Source of the DNA: a virus
Lineage: Duplodnaviria > Caudoviricetes
DNA length: 64,000 nt
Reading direction: 5' to 3' (one strand)
IMG/VR virus record: IMGVR_UViG_3300020414_000008
Span: 32,001-96,000 of that record
Position 1 is the stretch's first letter; each line of letters opens with the position of its first letter. Positions 28,748 through 38,747 of this stretch are shown here, piece by piece. The translations under genes and the position numbers were made by a program. The notes beneath the pieces are model-generated. The model did not search any database, was not told the DNA's origin, and saw only the letters and a program-made list of their open reading frames with translations.

Positions 28748-29836
28748 ATGAAACAAACAAAGATTTGTTTGAATGCTATGGTAGCAAACGAATCTAACAC
28801 TATTCTTAGAATGTTAGAGTCGTGTTATCAGTACATTGACTATTGGGTGATTCAAGATAATGGGTCAACTGATGGAACTCAACAAATAATTCGTGATTTT
28901 TTTGAAGAAAAGGGAATTGACGGATTTCTTTATGAAACAGAATGGAAGTTTCCTGGCTACAATAGAGACCATACTTTACAAAAGTGTCTAAGTTCTAATC
29001 ATGGATGTGATTGGATTCTTAGAATGGACGCGGATGAACAATTAAAAGTAGATGATAATTTTGATTGGTCGGTATTCAACGACACTTCTATCGATTCTTT
29101 TAATATCCCCGTAGAAACAACTGATAGTTACTATTATAGAACTTGGTTATGGAACGCAAACAGACCGTGGTATTTCAAACACTCAAAAAGACACGAAACA
29201 ATACATTTACCTGATGTGGATGAAGACTTTGTTAGATTTGATTTAGATAAATCATTTAGACACATCGTAACAAATGACGGACAAACTTGGACTGTAGACA
29301 ATAAGTTTATTACAGACGCACTAACACTTGAGTTAGAAAATGTACCAACTAAAAAAGTATTAGAAGATGACTATCATTTATGGTATATTGGAAAATCATA
29401 TTACGATGGTTATTGGAAAACAGAAGAGTTACCATTTGGTGAACTACATTCATATGAATACGCAAGAAGAGCAATATTTTATTTTGAAATGTATCTAAAA
29501 AACGTTCACGGTGAAAATCCTCATTGGGATGAAATGGGATATTACGCATGTTTATTGTTAGGTAGATTGTATGCATTTTTAGGTGAACCATATGATGGAT
29601 TACAAAAGTGGGAAGAGGCGGAAAAATACTGTCAAGGAAGAAATGAACATTTGATTGATTTAGCATACTATTATAGAGACAATGGATTTTGGGAACAGAT
29701 GTTAGAAGTTTGTACTAAAATTATGAAAAACAAGAATCCGTTTCCTAATTCTACGTTTTTTATAGATAATCAATCATACCCTGATACAGGAACAAGGTGT
29801 AAAGAATTATTAGAAGTTGCAAAAAGAAATGTATAA
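28748..29836 (+). CDS. GT2-family glycosyltransferase with a TPR-like C-terminus
   Basis: DNGSTDGT; MDADE; HE motif; helical Tyr-rich tail. Confidence 0.8.
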   Translation: MKQTKICLNAMVANESNTILRMLESCYQYIDYWVIQDNGSTDGTQQIIRDFFEEKGIDGFLYETEWKFPGYNRDHTLQKCLSSNHGCDWILRMDADEQLKVDDNFDWSVFNDTSIDSFNIPVETTDSYYYRTWLWNANRPWYFKHSKRHETIHLPDVDEDFVRFDLDKSFRHIVTNDGQTWTVDNKFITDALTLELENVPTKKVLEDDYHLWYIGKSYYDGYWKTEELPFGELHSYEYARRAIFYFEMYLKNVHGENPHWDEMGYYACLLLGRLYAFLGEPYDGLQKWEEAEKYCQGRNEHLIDLAYYYRDNGFWEQMLEVCTKIMKNKNPFPNSTFFIDNQSYPDTGTRCKELLEVAKRNV

Positions 29837-30926
29837 ATACGATTATTTAATTGTCGGTTCAGGGTTTTATGGAGCAGTTTGTGCATATGAACTGAAAGAA
29901 GCAGGTAAAAAAGTTTGTGTTATTGAAAAAAGAGACCACATTGGTGGTAACTGTTATACGGAAGAGGTAGATAAAATTCATGTACACAAATATGGACCTC
30001 ATATATTTCATACAAACAGTGAGAAGGTGTGGCATTGGATAAATCAGTTTGTAGACTTTAATCAGTTTCAACTAAATCCAATAGCAAACTATAAAGGTGA
30101 GATATACCCACTACCTTTCAATATGTATACATTTAACAAAATGTGGGGTGTTAGAACACCTGAGGGTGCAAAAGAAAAGATTGAATCACAGAGGTTTAAA
30201 GGTAATCCTACTAACTTAGAAGAACAAGCACAAGCTCTTGTTGGTAAAGATATTTATCAAAAATTAATAAAAGGTTACACTGAAAAACAGTGGATGAAAC
30301 CTTGTATGTTGTTACCAAAATCAATCATCAAAAGATTACCTGTTAGATTCACTTACAATAACAACTATTTTAATGACAAATATCAAGGAATACCAATCGG
30401 TGGATACACTCAGATATTTGAAACGTTGTTAGAAGACATTGAAGTATTTACAGAAACAGATTATTTTGACAAAAAGGACTTTTGGGATGGTTTAGGTGAG
30501 ACAGTAATATACACAGGACCAATTGATAAATACTACGATTACAAATATGGTGATTTGGAATACAAATCTGTACATTGGATGAATAAGATGTATAAATCAA
30601 AGGATAACTATCAAGGATGTGCAGTTATGAACTACACTGATTCAGAAACACCATATACACGAATCATTGAACATAAACACTTTGATAATCAAAATCAAGA
30701 AGGAACTTATGTTAGTTGGGAATACCCACAACCATATGAACGGGGAGTTGAACCATTTTATCCTGTAAATGATAAAGTAAACAACGAAAAGTATAACAAG
30801 TATAAAAAATTGTCACAACAACAAGACAAGGTGATATTTGGTGGTAGATTAGCAGAATATAAGTATTACGATATGCACCAAGTAATCGCAGCAGCATTAA
30901 AGAAAGTAGAAACATTACTATGGTAG
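29829..30926 (+). CDS. glf: UDP-galactopyranose mutase
   Basis: IVGSGFYG; HIGGNCY; HKYGPHIFHT; GYTEKQW; GRLAEYKYYDMH. Confidence 0.95.
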   Translation: MYKYDYLIVGSGFYGAVCAYELKEAGKKVCVIEKRDHIGGNCYTEEVDKIHVHKYGPHIFHTNSEKVWHWINQFVDFNQFQLNPIANYKGEIYPLPFNMYTFNKMWGVRTPEGAKEKIESQRFKGNPTNLEEQAQALVGKDIYQKLIKGYTEKQWMKPCMLLPKSIIKRLPVRFTYNNNYFNDKYQGIPIGGYTQIFETLLEDIEVFTETDYFDKKDFWDGLGETVIYTGPIDKYYDYKYGDLEYKSVHWMNKMYKSKDNYQGCAVMNYTDSETPYTRIIEHKHFDNQNQEGTYVSWEYPQPYERGVEPFYPVNDKVNNEKYNKYKKLSQQQDKVIFGGRLAEYKYYDMHQVIAAALKKVETLLW

Positions 30927-31477
30927 TAATTGATGATTTTATTAAAGACGAAGACCTTTTAAATCGACTCAAAGAGGATAATACTTTTTGGGATGATAAG
31001 GGTTACTATTGGTGGAACGGGTGGTGGAATACACCAACCAACACACTTAAGAAAGAGTTAATACAGTATATTTGGGGTGAAAACTCCCCATACCCATCTG
31101 TAAACGTTTCAGGGTTTGAATATTGGACAGGTGTTTATTCTCAAGACGAGGAACGAGATGAACTACCATTTCATTTTGATAAAGATGAATATATATGGGA
31201 TACTGAAAAAAGAATAGTTAGACCCGTAATAGGAACAGTTTTCTATCCGTGGGAAAACGATATCGATGGTGGATATCTTGAAATATATCCTGACGGAATG
31301 GAAGGTGAACCTGAAAGATTAGAACCCAAATACAATAGATTAGTTATCTTTCCTGCAGGTCACCATCCACATAGAGTTACTAAAGTTACTCGTGGGACAC
31401 GAAGAGCCATCGCAATAAACCTATGGGACGTAGAACCATCAGGTGTAAAAAATGGTGAAATGTATTTGGAAAATTAA
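30920..31477 (+). CDS. 2OG-Fe(II) oxygenase
   Basis: HFDKD; GGYLEI; NRLVIF; HRVT..TRRAIAIN. Confidence 0.85.
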   Translation: MVVIDDFIKDEDLLNRLKEDNTFWDDKGYYWWNGWWNTPTNTLKKELIQYIWGENSPYPSVNVSGFEYWTGVYSQDEERDELPFHFDKDEYIWDTEKRIVRPVIGTVFYPWENDIDGGYLEIYPDGMEGEPERLEPKYNRLVIFPAGHHPHRVTKVTRGTRRAIAINLWDVEPSGVKNGEMYLEN

Positions 31478-31496
31478 TAAAAATTTTGTATATTAG
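31465..31496 (+). promoter_or_regulatory. Host-type promoter for the PolB operon
   Basis: TTTG(31465)-N20-TATATTAG(31489). Confidence 0.7.
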
Positions 31497-31510
31497 TGAA
31501 AAGATTTAAA

Positions 31511-31714
31511 ATGAGGTTACGAGGTGAATCACATCCACAACATAAATTAACAGAAGGACAAGTGAAGTCTATCAGAAAATTATGGTCTGTGGGTCATCGT
31601 AATATAAGAGTATTAGCAAGAAATAACGGAGTATCTCCTGCGAATATTAGAAAAATAGTAAAAGGGGAAACTTGGACTCACCTACTTTTTGGTGAATTTA
31701 ACGATTATCAATAA
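31511..31714 (+). CDS. Stand-alone HTH protein resembling the C-terminal DNA-binding domain of HNH endonucleases
   Basis: GESHPQHKLTEGQV..IR...LARNNGVS...I..IVKGETW. Confidence 0.7.
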   Translation: MRLRGESHPQHKLTEGQVKSIRKLWSVGHRNIRVLARNNGVSPANIRKIVKGETWTHLLFGEFNDYQ

Positions 31715-31717
31715 TAT

Positions 31718-34234
31718 ATGTATCAAAACGTATACTACGAAAAAGAAAAGAATATCATACACTGTTGGGATGATGAAAAAGGTTACTATACATCAAAGTA
31801 TCGTAGATACGCATATGTAAGAGACGGTAATGGAGCACATCAATCAATTCACGGTGAACGTTTAAAGAAACTTACTTGGTGGAAAGCAGAAGATGATTTA
31901 CAATTATATGAATCAGATGTAAACGAAGTTACAAGATTCTTAATTGACAACTATGGTGACTCAGATGAATCATCAGTTGGACATACAGTTCTTACTTTTG
32001 ATATAGAGGTAGAAATGCTTAGTGGTCTTCCTGACATTGATAAAGCAGATAACGAAATTACTGCGATTGCAGGACATGATAGTGTTACAAATGATTATTT
32101 TGTTTACGTTGTTAATAAAGGTGAGAAGATTAATAAAACAATCAAAGGTGCACAGGTAGAATCATTTGACTCAGAAGATGAACTACTTACAGCATTCTTA
32201 AACAAGTGGCAAGAAATAAATCCATCAATTGTAACAGGATGGAATATTGATTATTTTGATGTCACATACTTGTACAACAGATTAAAGAATAGATTTGGTG
32301 AAAGATTAGCAAACAAACTATCACCGATTGGTAAAGTTCATTGGAACAAATATCGTAAAAGATACATTATCGCAGGTGTATCAGCATTAGATTATCTTGC
32401 GTTATACAAATGTTACACATACACTGAACTTCCAAACTATAGATTAGACACGGTAGCAACAACTGAATTGGGTAGAGGAAAGATTGAGTATGAAGGAAAC
32501 CTTGACCAACTATTCAGAGATGATATAGAGAAGTTTATTGAGTATAACTTAGTTGATGTAGAGTTGGTTGTTGATATGGATAAGAAACTTCAGTTTATTG
32601 ATTTAGCAAGAGCAATATGTCATACAGGTCATGTGTTCTATGAAGATTACTTATTTTCATCAAAATGGTTAGAGGGTGCAATGTTGACATTCCTTAGAAG
32701 GAGTGGTAGAGTCGCACCAAATAAAGCAAGACGAGTTCCAAGAAACGAAGATGGTTCAGATGGTGAATCTAAGTTTACAGGAGCGTATGTAAAAGAACCA
32801 AAGCCAGGATTGTATAAATGGGTTTATGATTTAGATTTGACTTCACTATATCCATCAATCATTATGAGTATCAATATTTCACCTGAGACAAAGATTGGTA
32901 AGTTGAAAGATTATTCTGCTGAAGACCATATGAAAGGTAGATTAGAAACTTATACTATTATGGACGTTGATGGAAATGAGTTTCCTACTTTACCAAAAGA
33001 TAAGTTCAAAGCATTTATAGATAAAAACAAATATTCAGTCGCATCAAACGGAGTCCTTTATAGAACAGATAAAGTTGGTATTATTCCTGAAATATTAAAT
33101 GTTTGGTTTAACAAAAGAGTTGAATACAAAGATTTGATGAAAAAGTATGGTAAAGAAGGTAATGACGAACAATACAAGTTTTACGGTAAACGACAGTTAG
33201 TACAAAAGATTATGTTAAACTCTTTGTATGGAGTTTTAGGATTACCATCATTCAGATTCTATGATATTGACAATGCAGAAGCAACTACGATTACAGGTCA
33301 AACTGTAATTAAAACAACTGAGTTGATTGCAAATCAATACTACTCAAAAGTGATAGGAAAAGAGGCAGACTATAACGTGTATACTGATACTGATTCTGTA
33401 TTCTATCAAGCAGCACCGTTGGTAAAAGCACGTAATCCTGAACTCAATGAAGAGTCGGATGAAGAAATGATTCCTGCGATTCTATCCGCAGCAAAAGAGG
33501 TAGAACAACACATTAATGGAATGTACGATGTTATGGCAAAAAAGTTATTTAACATTGATACACATAGATTTGATATCAAACAAGAAACAATCGCAAAGGG
33601 TGGTTTTTGGGTATCAAAGAAACGATACGCTCAATGGATTATCAACGACAATACTGTTGATTGTGATAAATTGGACGTAAAAGGATTGGATGTAAAACGT
33701 AGTTCGTTTCCAACTTACTTTAAAGAAGTTATGAAAACAGTTCTTTTAGATATTCTAAAATCAACTGATAAAACAGAGATAGACCAAAAAATATTAGATT
33801 ACAAAGATGGTATGGTCGATAGGAACTTTATAGACATTGCAAAAAATACGTCAGTAAAAGAACTGTCAAAATATATGACAAAGAGTCAGGTGTTGGGTGA
33901 GTTCAAAAAAGGAACTCCTGCTCACGTTAAATCTGCATTGACATATAATCAATTACTTGCGTTCTATAAAGTACCTTACAAATATGAACCAATGAGAGAC
34001 GGTGACAAGGTTAAGTGGGTTTATTTAAAAAACAATCCACTTGGATTAGATTCAACCGCGTTAAAAGGTCATAACGACCCACCACAGATTCTAAAGTTTG
34101 TTGAACAATATATTGACTATGATAAAATATGGGAAAAGGAGTTAGAAAACAAACTTGGAGATTTCTATGAAGCGATGGATTGGGAAAAACCTAATTCTAA
34201 TTTACAGAAAGCATCACAATTTTTTGGATTTTAA
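31718..34234 (+). CDS. Family B DNA polymerase (gp43-like)
   Basis: FDIE exo I; GWNIDYFD; DLTSLYPSII; KIMLNSLYG; YTDTDS; KKRY. Confidence 0.97.
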   Translation: MYQNVYYEKEKNIIHCWDDEKGYYTSKYRRYAYVRDGNGAHQSIHGERLKKLTWWKAEDDLQLYESDVNEVTRFLIDNYGDSDESSVGHTVLTFDIEVEMLSGLPDIDKADNEITAIAGHDSVTNDYFVYVVNKGEKINKTIKGAQVESFDSEDELLTAFLNKWQEINPSIVTGWNIDYFDVTYLYNRLKNRFGERLANKLSPIGKVHWNKYRKRYIIAGVSALDYLALYKCYTYTELPNYRLDTVATTELGRGKIEYEGNLDQLFRDDIEKFIEYNLVDVELVVDMDKKLQFIDLARAICHTGHVFYEDYLFSSKWLEGAMLTFLRRSGRVAPNKARRVPRNEDGSDGESKFTGAYVKEPKPGLYKWVYDLDLTSLYPSIIMSINISPETKIGKLKDYSAEDHMKGRLETYTIMDVDGNEFPTLPKDKFKAFIDKNKYSVASNGVLYRTDKVGIIPEILNVWFNKRVEYKDLMKKYGKEGNDEQYKFYGKRQLVQKIMLNSLYGVLGLPSFRFYDIDNAEATTITGQTVIKTTELIANQYYSKVIGKEADYNVYTDTDSVFYQAAPLVKARNPELNEESDEEMIPAILSAAKEVEQHINGMYDVMAKKLFNIDTHRFDIKQETIAKGGFWVSKKRYAQWIINDNTVDCDKLDVKGLDVKRSSFPTYFKEVMKTVLLDILKSTDKTEIDQKILDYKDGMVDRNFIDIAKNTSVKELSKYMTKSQVLGEFKKGTPAHVKSALTYNQLLAFYKVPYKYEPMRDGDKVKWVYLKNNPLGLDSTALKGHNDPPQILKFVEQYIDYDKIWEKELENKLGDFYEAMDWEKPNSNLQKASQFFGF

Positions 34235-34258
34235 ATATTAATTAATTAGGAATATATT

Positions 34259-34882
34259 ATGTTAGATGTATCAACACATAAAAATGTAGAAAATGTTATC
34301 AGATATTTTCTTTTATACTTACCACCAAGAGGAGCAGAATCCATATTAGACGTGGGTGGTGGGTGTACAGCACCTTACAAAGGTGTTCTACAAACAAGAT
34401 GTGAGGAATACAGAAATCTTGATATAAGAAGTGGCCCAGGCGTTGATTATGTTCAAGATATTGTAGAGGGAACTGACTTTGAAGACAAACAGTGGGATTG
34501 GACATGGTGTTCAGAAACACTTGAACACATTCCACAAAAGTATATGAAGACATTTGTTGATGAAGTTTGTCGTATAAGTAAGAACGTAGTTTGGACGTTC
34601 CCGTTACCACACTCTGAGCCGTTTCCTTTAGACCCTGGCCATAGTGAAGTAATTGTAGATATGGAATCATATTCAAAAGACTTTCATGTATTTGATAAAA
34701 CTACCAAATCAGGTAGGGGTATTTGGATTTTCGCAAGAAAAGACAGAAAGGTAGAAGTAACCAATAAAGGTATCATTCAAGAAGGATACTCCGCTGATAA
34801 CTTATCGTTTGATGTGGTTAACAATAAAAAACGTCTAAAAGCAAATCCTGTCACTGTAAATAAATTTTTTAGTTTTGATTAG
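34259..34882 (+). CDS. Class I SAM-dependent methyltransferase inside the replisome operon
   Basis: ILDVGGG; DWTWCSETLEHI; C-terminal NKFFSFD. Confidence 0.75.
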   Translation: MLDVSTHKNVENVIRYFLLYLPPRGAESILDVGGGCTAPYKGVLQTRCEEYRNLDIRSGPGVDYVQDIVEGTDFEDKQWDWTWCSETLEHIPQKYMKTFVDEVCRISKNVVWTFPLPHSEPFPLDPGHSEVIVDMESYSKDFHVFDKTTKSGRGIWIFARKDRKVEVTNKGIIQEGYSADNLSFDVVNNKKRLKANPVTVNKFFSFD

Positions 34883-34910
34883 GAATTGTCAATTAAATTT
34901 TGTATATTAG
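34879..34910 (+). promoter_or_regulatory. Host-type promoter
   Basis: TTAG(34879)-N20-TATATTAG(34903). Confidence 0.55.
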
Positions 34911-34930
34911 TAACAAACTTAAAATAAATT

Positions 34931-35626
34931 ATGAAGAAAAACTCGTTTGAAGGTTTCATTTCCCGATATAATCTCGGTGGTGAAGTCGAATCGGTTAAGA
35001 TTAACTCAACCGATGAAGGTATGTCTGTAAGTTTTATTTCAGACGACAAGACACTCTTAGGGAGTGTTCAAAGTGAAAACAAAGAATTCCCAAATGGAGA
35101 GTTCGGTATTTACACAACATCACAACTTAAAGGGTTGTTAGGTGTTTTAGATTCTTCTATTGATATTACTGAAGGTGAAGCATCTTTAGTATTCTCAGAC
35201 AAGAAGACATCAGTTAATTATATGTTAGCAGATTTATCTGTTATTCCTGTAGTTCCTGATTTAAAACAACTACCTGACTTTAATGGTGAAATTACATTAG
35301 ATGATGAATTTATTTCAACATTCGTAAAGTCAAAAGGAGCGTTAAGTGAATCAGATACATTTACTTTCTCTTGTAAGGGTAACAAAGGTTCTGTTGTGTT
35401 AGGTTATCAAAAAATTAATTCTAATAGAATTTCTATGAATGTAAACTGTAAATGTGATGGTGACATCGAACCAATCTCATTCTCAGCAAAATACTTAAAA
35501 GAAATTCTTAATGCAAACAAAGGTGCAAAATCATCTTCTCTAAAAGTTTCAAGTCAAGGACTTGCATTCGCAACATTTGAAAAAGATGGTTTCACTTCTA
35601 ACTACTACTTAGTAGAAATAAAGTAA
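34931..35626 (+). CDS. Sliding clamp (gp45/PCNA-like)
   Basis: 231 aa; FGIY; FSAKYL; ends NYYLVEIK; lies between the polymerase and clamp loader. Confidence 0.8.
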   Translation: MKKNSFEGFISRYNLGGEVESVKINSTDEGMSVSFISDDKTLLGSVQSENKEFPNGEFGIYTTSQLKGLLGVLDSSIDITEGEASLVFSDKKTSVNYMLADLSVIPVVPDLKQLPDFNGEITLDDEFISTFVKSKGALSESDTFTFSCKGNKGSVVLGYQKINSNRISMNVNCKCDGDIEPISFSAKYLKEILNANKGAKSSSLKVSSQGLAFATFEKDGFTSNYYLVEIK

Positions 35627-35635
35627 GGAGCAAAT

Positions 35636-37126
35636 ATGACTAAAGATTACAACCATCCACTGTACGGTAGACGAGTTCTACACATCATGTCACCTGTTAG
35701 GTGGAGTGGTCCTAAATTTCAACATCACGGTGATTCTAACTATAAAGTTATGGTTAAGACTATCAAGTTTTTACCAATGTGTCACCATACAATATTGGTC
35801 CCTACCAATAACACGATTCCTGATTTAGGTCCAAACGTAACATTAGTACCATTTGATTATACTCAATCTGTTTTATCAAATAGAGCATACTTTAACGGTA
35901 AACTCTTAAACAAACTTACAGATTGGAGAGGTCAAGATTTTGACTTTATATTTAATCACCAACCTGAACTTTTATATAATGTTGTAAATTCAATCATGTC
36001 TTCAAGATATGGTCTTACAGTAGAATGTTTCAATTTCTTCCATTGGGTTGACTGTACAAAGAGTAGAGTTACAGATGGATACCCTGAAGGATTCTATAGA
36101 CAACTTGAAGCAATTAATTGGTCTTACAAATCATATTTCCACTGTCCTGTATCAAAAGATTATATGAAATCTAATTGGGACAAAAAGGACTATATAGTTC
36201 AAGGTATCAATGACGAAGTCATGGATGAAAAGATTAACTACTTTCCATTAGGAGTAGGACAGTTCCCTGATTCGGAACCATTCCCTAATCCTGCACGAGG
36301 TAAAAAGATATTGTTATTCAATCATAGATGGAACAATTCAACAGGTATCAATAAACTTATTGAATATACTGAAGACCTTGATAGGGATGAGTGGTTAGTT
36401 TGGGTTACTGATGAAAATGCAAAAAAACCTCAAGCAGGTAAACCTGCACCAAAATGGATGTATGTTAAGAATTTACCAAGTGGTGGAGCATATCGTAATT
36501 TGATTGAACAGTCTCATGCCACTTTGTGTTTTGTTGACAACTACATGACTTGGAACTTATCAGTACAAGACGCAGTTAGGTTGAAGAAACCAAGTTTAGC
36601 GTTCAAACACCCAACATATGAATATGTCTTGGGTAAAGATTATCCATTATACTTCTCAGATAAAGAGGAGTTCTTAGATGTAATAAATAAAATTCCTGAA
36701 GGTAAGAAATTTGATTGGGAATTACCACCACATGATGAAGACTTTAAAAATAATCTTGTTGGTGATTTAATACATTGTTTAGAAAACAGTAAGAAGAAAC
36801 ATACATCCAAAACCAAATACGGTGTGGAGTGGTTATATCATATCTTACAGGGTAATGGATATAAAAAGAACATCTTGTATAATAGTCACCCGTCATTACA
36901 TAAAAGTAATGCGTGGGAAGGTATTAGACAGTGGTGTTTAGAAAGAGGTGTAAAAGATACACCGAATGAAGTTTATACTAAACTTTGGATTCCTGAAGAA
37001 AACATCGATGATATTAAGAAAATTATTGATGAAGCAGGAAACGTAGATTACAAAGGTGACCCATTAGATGAGTCTAAGAGAGACCCTAAATGGTCACAAA
37101 ACTTTACATCAAATAAATTCTTTTAA
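35636..37126 (+). CDS. GT-B glycosyltransferase, candidate DNA glycosyltransferase
   Basis: LLFNHRW; TWNLSVQDA; YPLYF; sits between clamp and clamp loader; C-terminal SNKFF. Confidence 0.6.
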   Translation: MTKDYNHPLYGRRVLHIMSPVRWSGPKFQHHGDSNYKVMVKTIKFLPMCHHTILVPTNNTIPDLGPNVTLVPFDYTQSVLSNRAYFNGKLLNKLTDWRGQDFDFIFNHQPELLYNVVNSIMSSRYGLTVECFNFFHWVDCTKSRVTDGYPEGFYRQLEAINWSYKSYFHCPVSKDYMKSNWDKKDYIVQGINDEVMDEKINYFPLGVGQFPDSEPFPNPARGKKILLFNHRWNNSTGINKLIEYTEDLDRDEWLVWVTDENAKKPQAGKPAPKWMYVKNLPSGGAYRNLIEQSHATLCFVDNYMTWNLSVQDAVRLKKPSLAFKHPTYEYVLGKDYPLYFSDKEEFLDVINKIPEGKKFDWELPPHDEDFKNNLVGDLIHCLENSKKKHTSKTKYGVEWLYHILQGNGYKKNILYNSHPSLHKSNAWEGIRQWCLERGVKDTPNEVYTKLWIPEENIDDIKKIIDEAGNVDYKGDPLDESKRDPKWSQNFTSNKFF

Positions 37127-37127
37127 T

Positions 37128-38048
37128 ATGAGTAATTCACTATGGGTTGAAAAATACAGACCCGATACATTAGAGGGATATGTTGGTAATGAACATATCT
37201 TAGAAAAAGTAAAAATATACATTGAGAATGAGGATGTACCACACTTGTTACTTTATGGAGTAGCAGGTACAGGTAAGACTACCCTCGCAAAGATAATCAC
37301 TAATCAGATTGATTGTGATGTTATGTACATAAACGCCTCTGATGAAAACTCTGTTGACGCAGTTCGTGATAAGATTCGTGGATTCGCATCATCAATGGGT
37401 TTCAGAAAGTGGAAGGTTATCATATTAGATGAAGCAGATTATTTGACACCAAACGCACAAGCAGCACTTAGAAACTTAATGGAAACTTTTTCAAAGTCTA
37501 CAAGATTTATTTTAACTTGTAACTATGTAGAAAAAGTTATTGACCCGATTCAATCTCGTTGTCAGACATTCGCAATAACACCACCTTCAAAGAAGGAAGT
37601 AGCGAAAAGATTGTTTGATATATTAAACGAGGAAGAGGTTAAGTTTCAAAAAGAAGACCTTGCAGTATTAGTGAATGGTGGGTATCCTGACATTCGTAGA
37701 GTTCTAAATGCAGCACAGAGACAAGTTGTCAAAGGTGAATTGAAAATAGATACAACATCTACAGTTCAAGCAAACTATGTTGACAATGTAATTGAAGTGA
37801 TGAAATCAGGTGGTGAGATGAAAAAACAATTCAATCAAATCAGACAGATTATTGCTGATTCAAAAGTGAAAGATTTTCAACCACTATACAGAGCACTATA
37901 TGATGAAGTAGATGAATACGCATCGGGTAAAGTTGGACAGACTATTTTAAACATCGCAGATGGTCAGTACAAAGATTCAATGGTTGTTGATAAAGAAATC
38001 AACATTATGGCGATGATTTTAAATATTTTAGTAACAATAGGAAAGTAG
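37128..38048 (+). CDS. Clamp loader AAA+ subunit (gp44/RFC-like)
   Basis: WVEKYRP; GVAGTGKTT; NASDE; ILDEAD; FILTCN; IQSRC. Confidence 0.95.
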   Translation: MSNSLWVEKYRPDTLEGYVGNEHILEKVKIYIENEDVPHLLLYGVAGTGKTTLAKIITNQIDCDVMYINASDENSVDAVRDKIRGFASSMGFRKWKVIILDEADYLTPNAQAALRNLMETFSKSTRFILTCNYVEKVIDPIQSRCQTFAITPPSKKEVAKRLFDILNEEEVKFQKEDLAVLVNGGYPDIRRVLNAAQRQVVKGELKIDTTSTVQANYVDNVIEVMKSGGEMKKQFNQIRQIIADSKVKDFQPLYRALYDEVDEYASGKVGQTILNIADGQYKDSMVVDKEINIMAMILNILVTIGK

Positions 38049-38050
38049 TT

Positions 38051-38329
38051 ATGGCAAAAAAAGGAAAAGTTGTAGACTTAGGGGGACAGCAGAATAAACA
38101 ACAGGTAGGTCTAAAATTAGACCCAAGAAAGTTACCTACTGTAGATTGTCCCGAATGTGGTGGTATCTTCTTTGACGAAGTAACAATGTATAAAGAAGTA
38201 CCAGCAGTACAATCACCAAACGGTGTAGCATCGATGTTACCAATACCCGTTGTATTATGTAACAACTGTGGTACAGTTCATCCAAAATTTACACCAAAAG
38301 AACTGATTAATGGTGAAAAAGAAGACTAA
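38051..38329 (+). CDS. Zinc-ribbon protein
   Basis: CPEC...CNNC. Confidence 0.7.
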   Translation: MAKKGKVVDLGGQQNKQQVGLKLDPRKLPTVDCPECGGIFFDEVTMYKEVPAVQSPNGVASMLPIPVVLCNNCGTVHPKFTPKELINGEKED

Positions 38330-38747
38330 AACAATATTTGAACATATTTCGGGAATCAAAGAGAAAAAGGTTCCTTGGAATACTCTATCCGATATGGATA
38401 AGAAAACATTCTCACCATTTATAGTAAATAGATGGTTGTCAATGAATCTTAATCTTATTGAGTTGGTAAACGAGTTACAAAAACATACCATAGGTCAACT
38501 CAAACCCCGAGATGTGTACAAATTATATTTTGACGTTCTTCCACAGAAAAAGACATGGGATAAGTACATAAAAGGTAAAAAAGAAAGTAAGTACAATGAA
38601 AATGTCTTAAAGTACTTGTCAAAATACTATGAAGTATCTCAGAGAGAAGTCATAGGATATCTTGACATACTAACAAAAGATGAAATTACCGAAATAATAA
38701 AAAAATACGGTATAGAAGATAAAGAAATAAAGAAATGGCTGAAGTAA
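38310..38747 (+). CDS. Clamp loader small subunit (gp62-like)
   Basis: FSPFIVNRWLSM; YLSKYYEVS..E; position. Confidence 0.75.
   Translation: MVKKKTKTIFEHISGIKEKKVPWNTLSDMDKKTFSPFIVNRWLSMNLNLIELVNELQKHTIGQLKPRDVYKLYFDVLPQKKTWDKYIKGKKESKYNENVLKYLSKYYEVSQREVIGYLDILTKDEITEIIKKYGIEDKEIKKWLK

Noticed and set aside
34259-34882. This enzyme (or 20357..21178) as the GpC DNA C5-methyltransferase
   Set aside because: Neither has PC/ENV or DPPY motifs; both resemble small-molecule or sugar methyltransferases. Any C5-MTase must lie outside the window.
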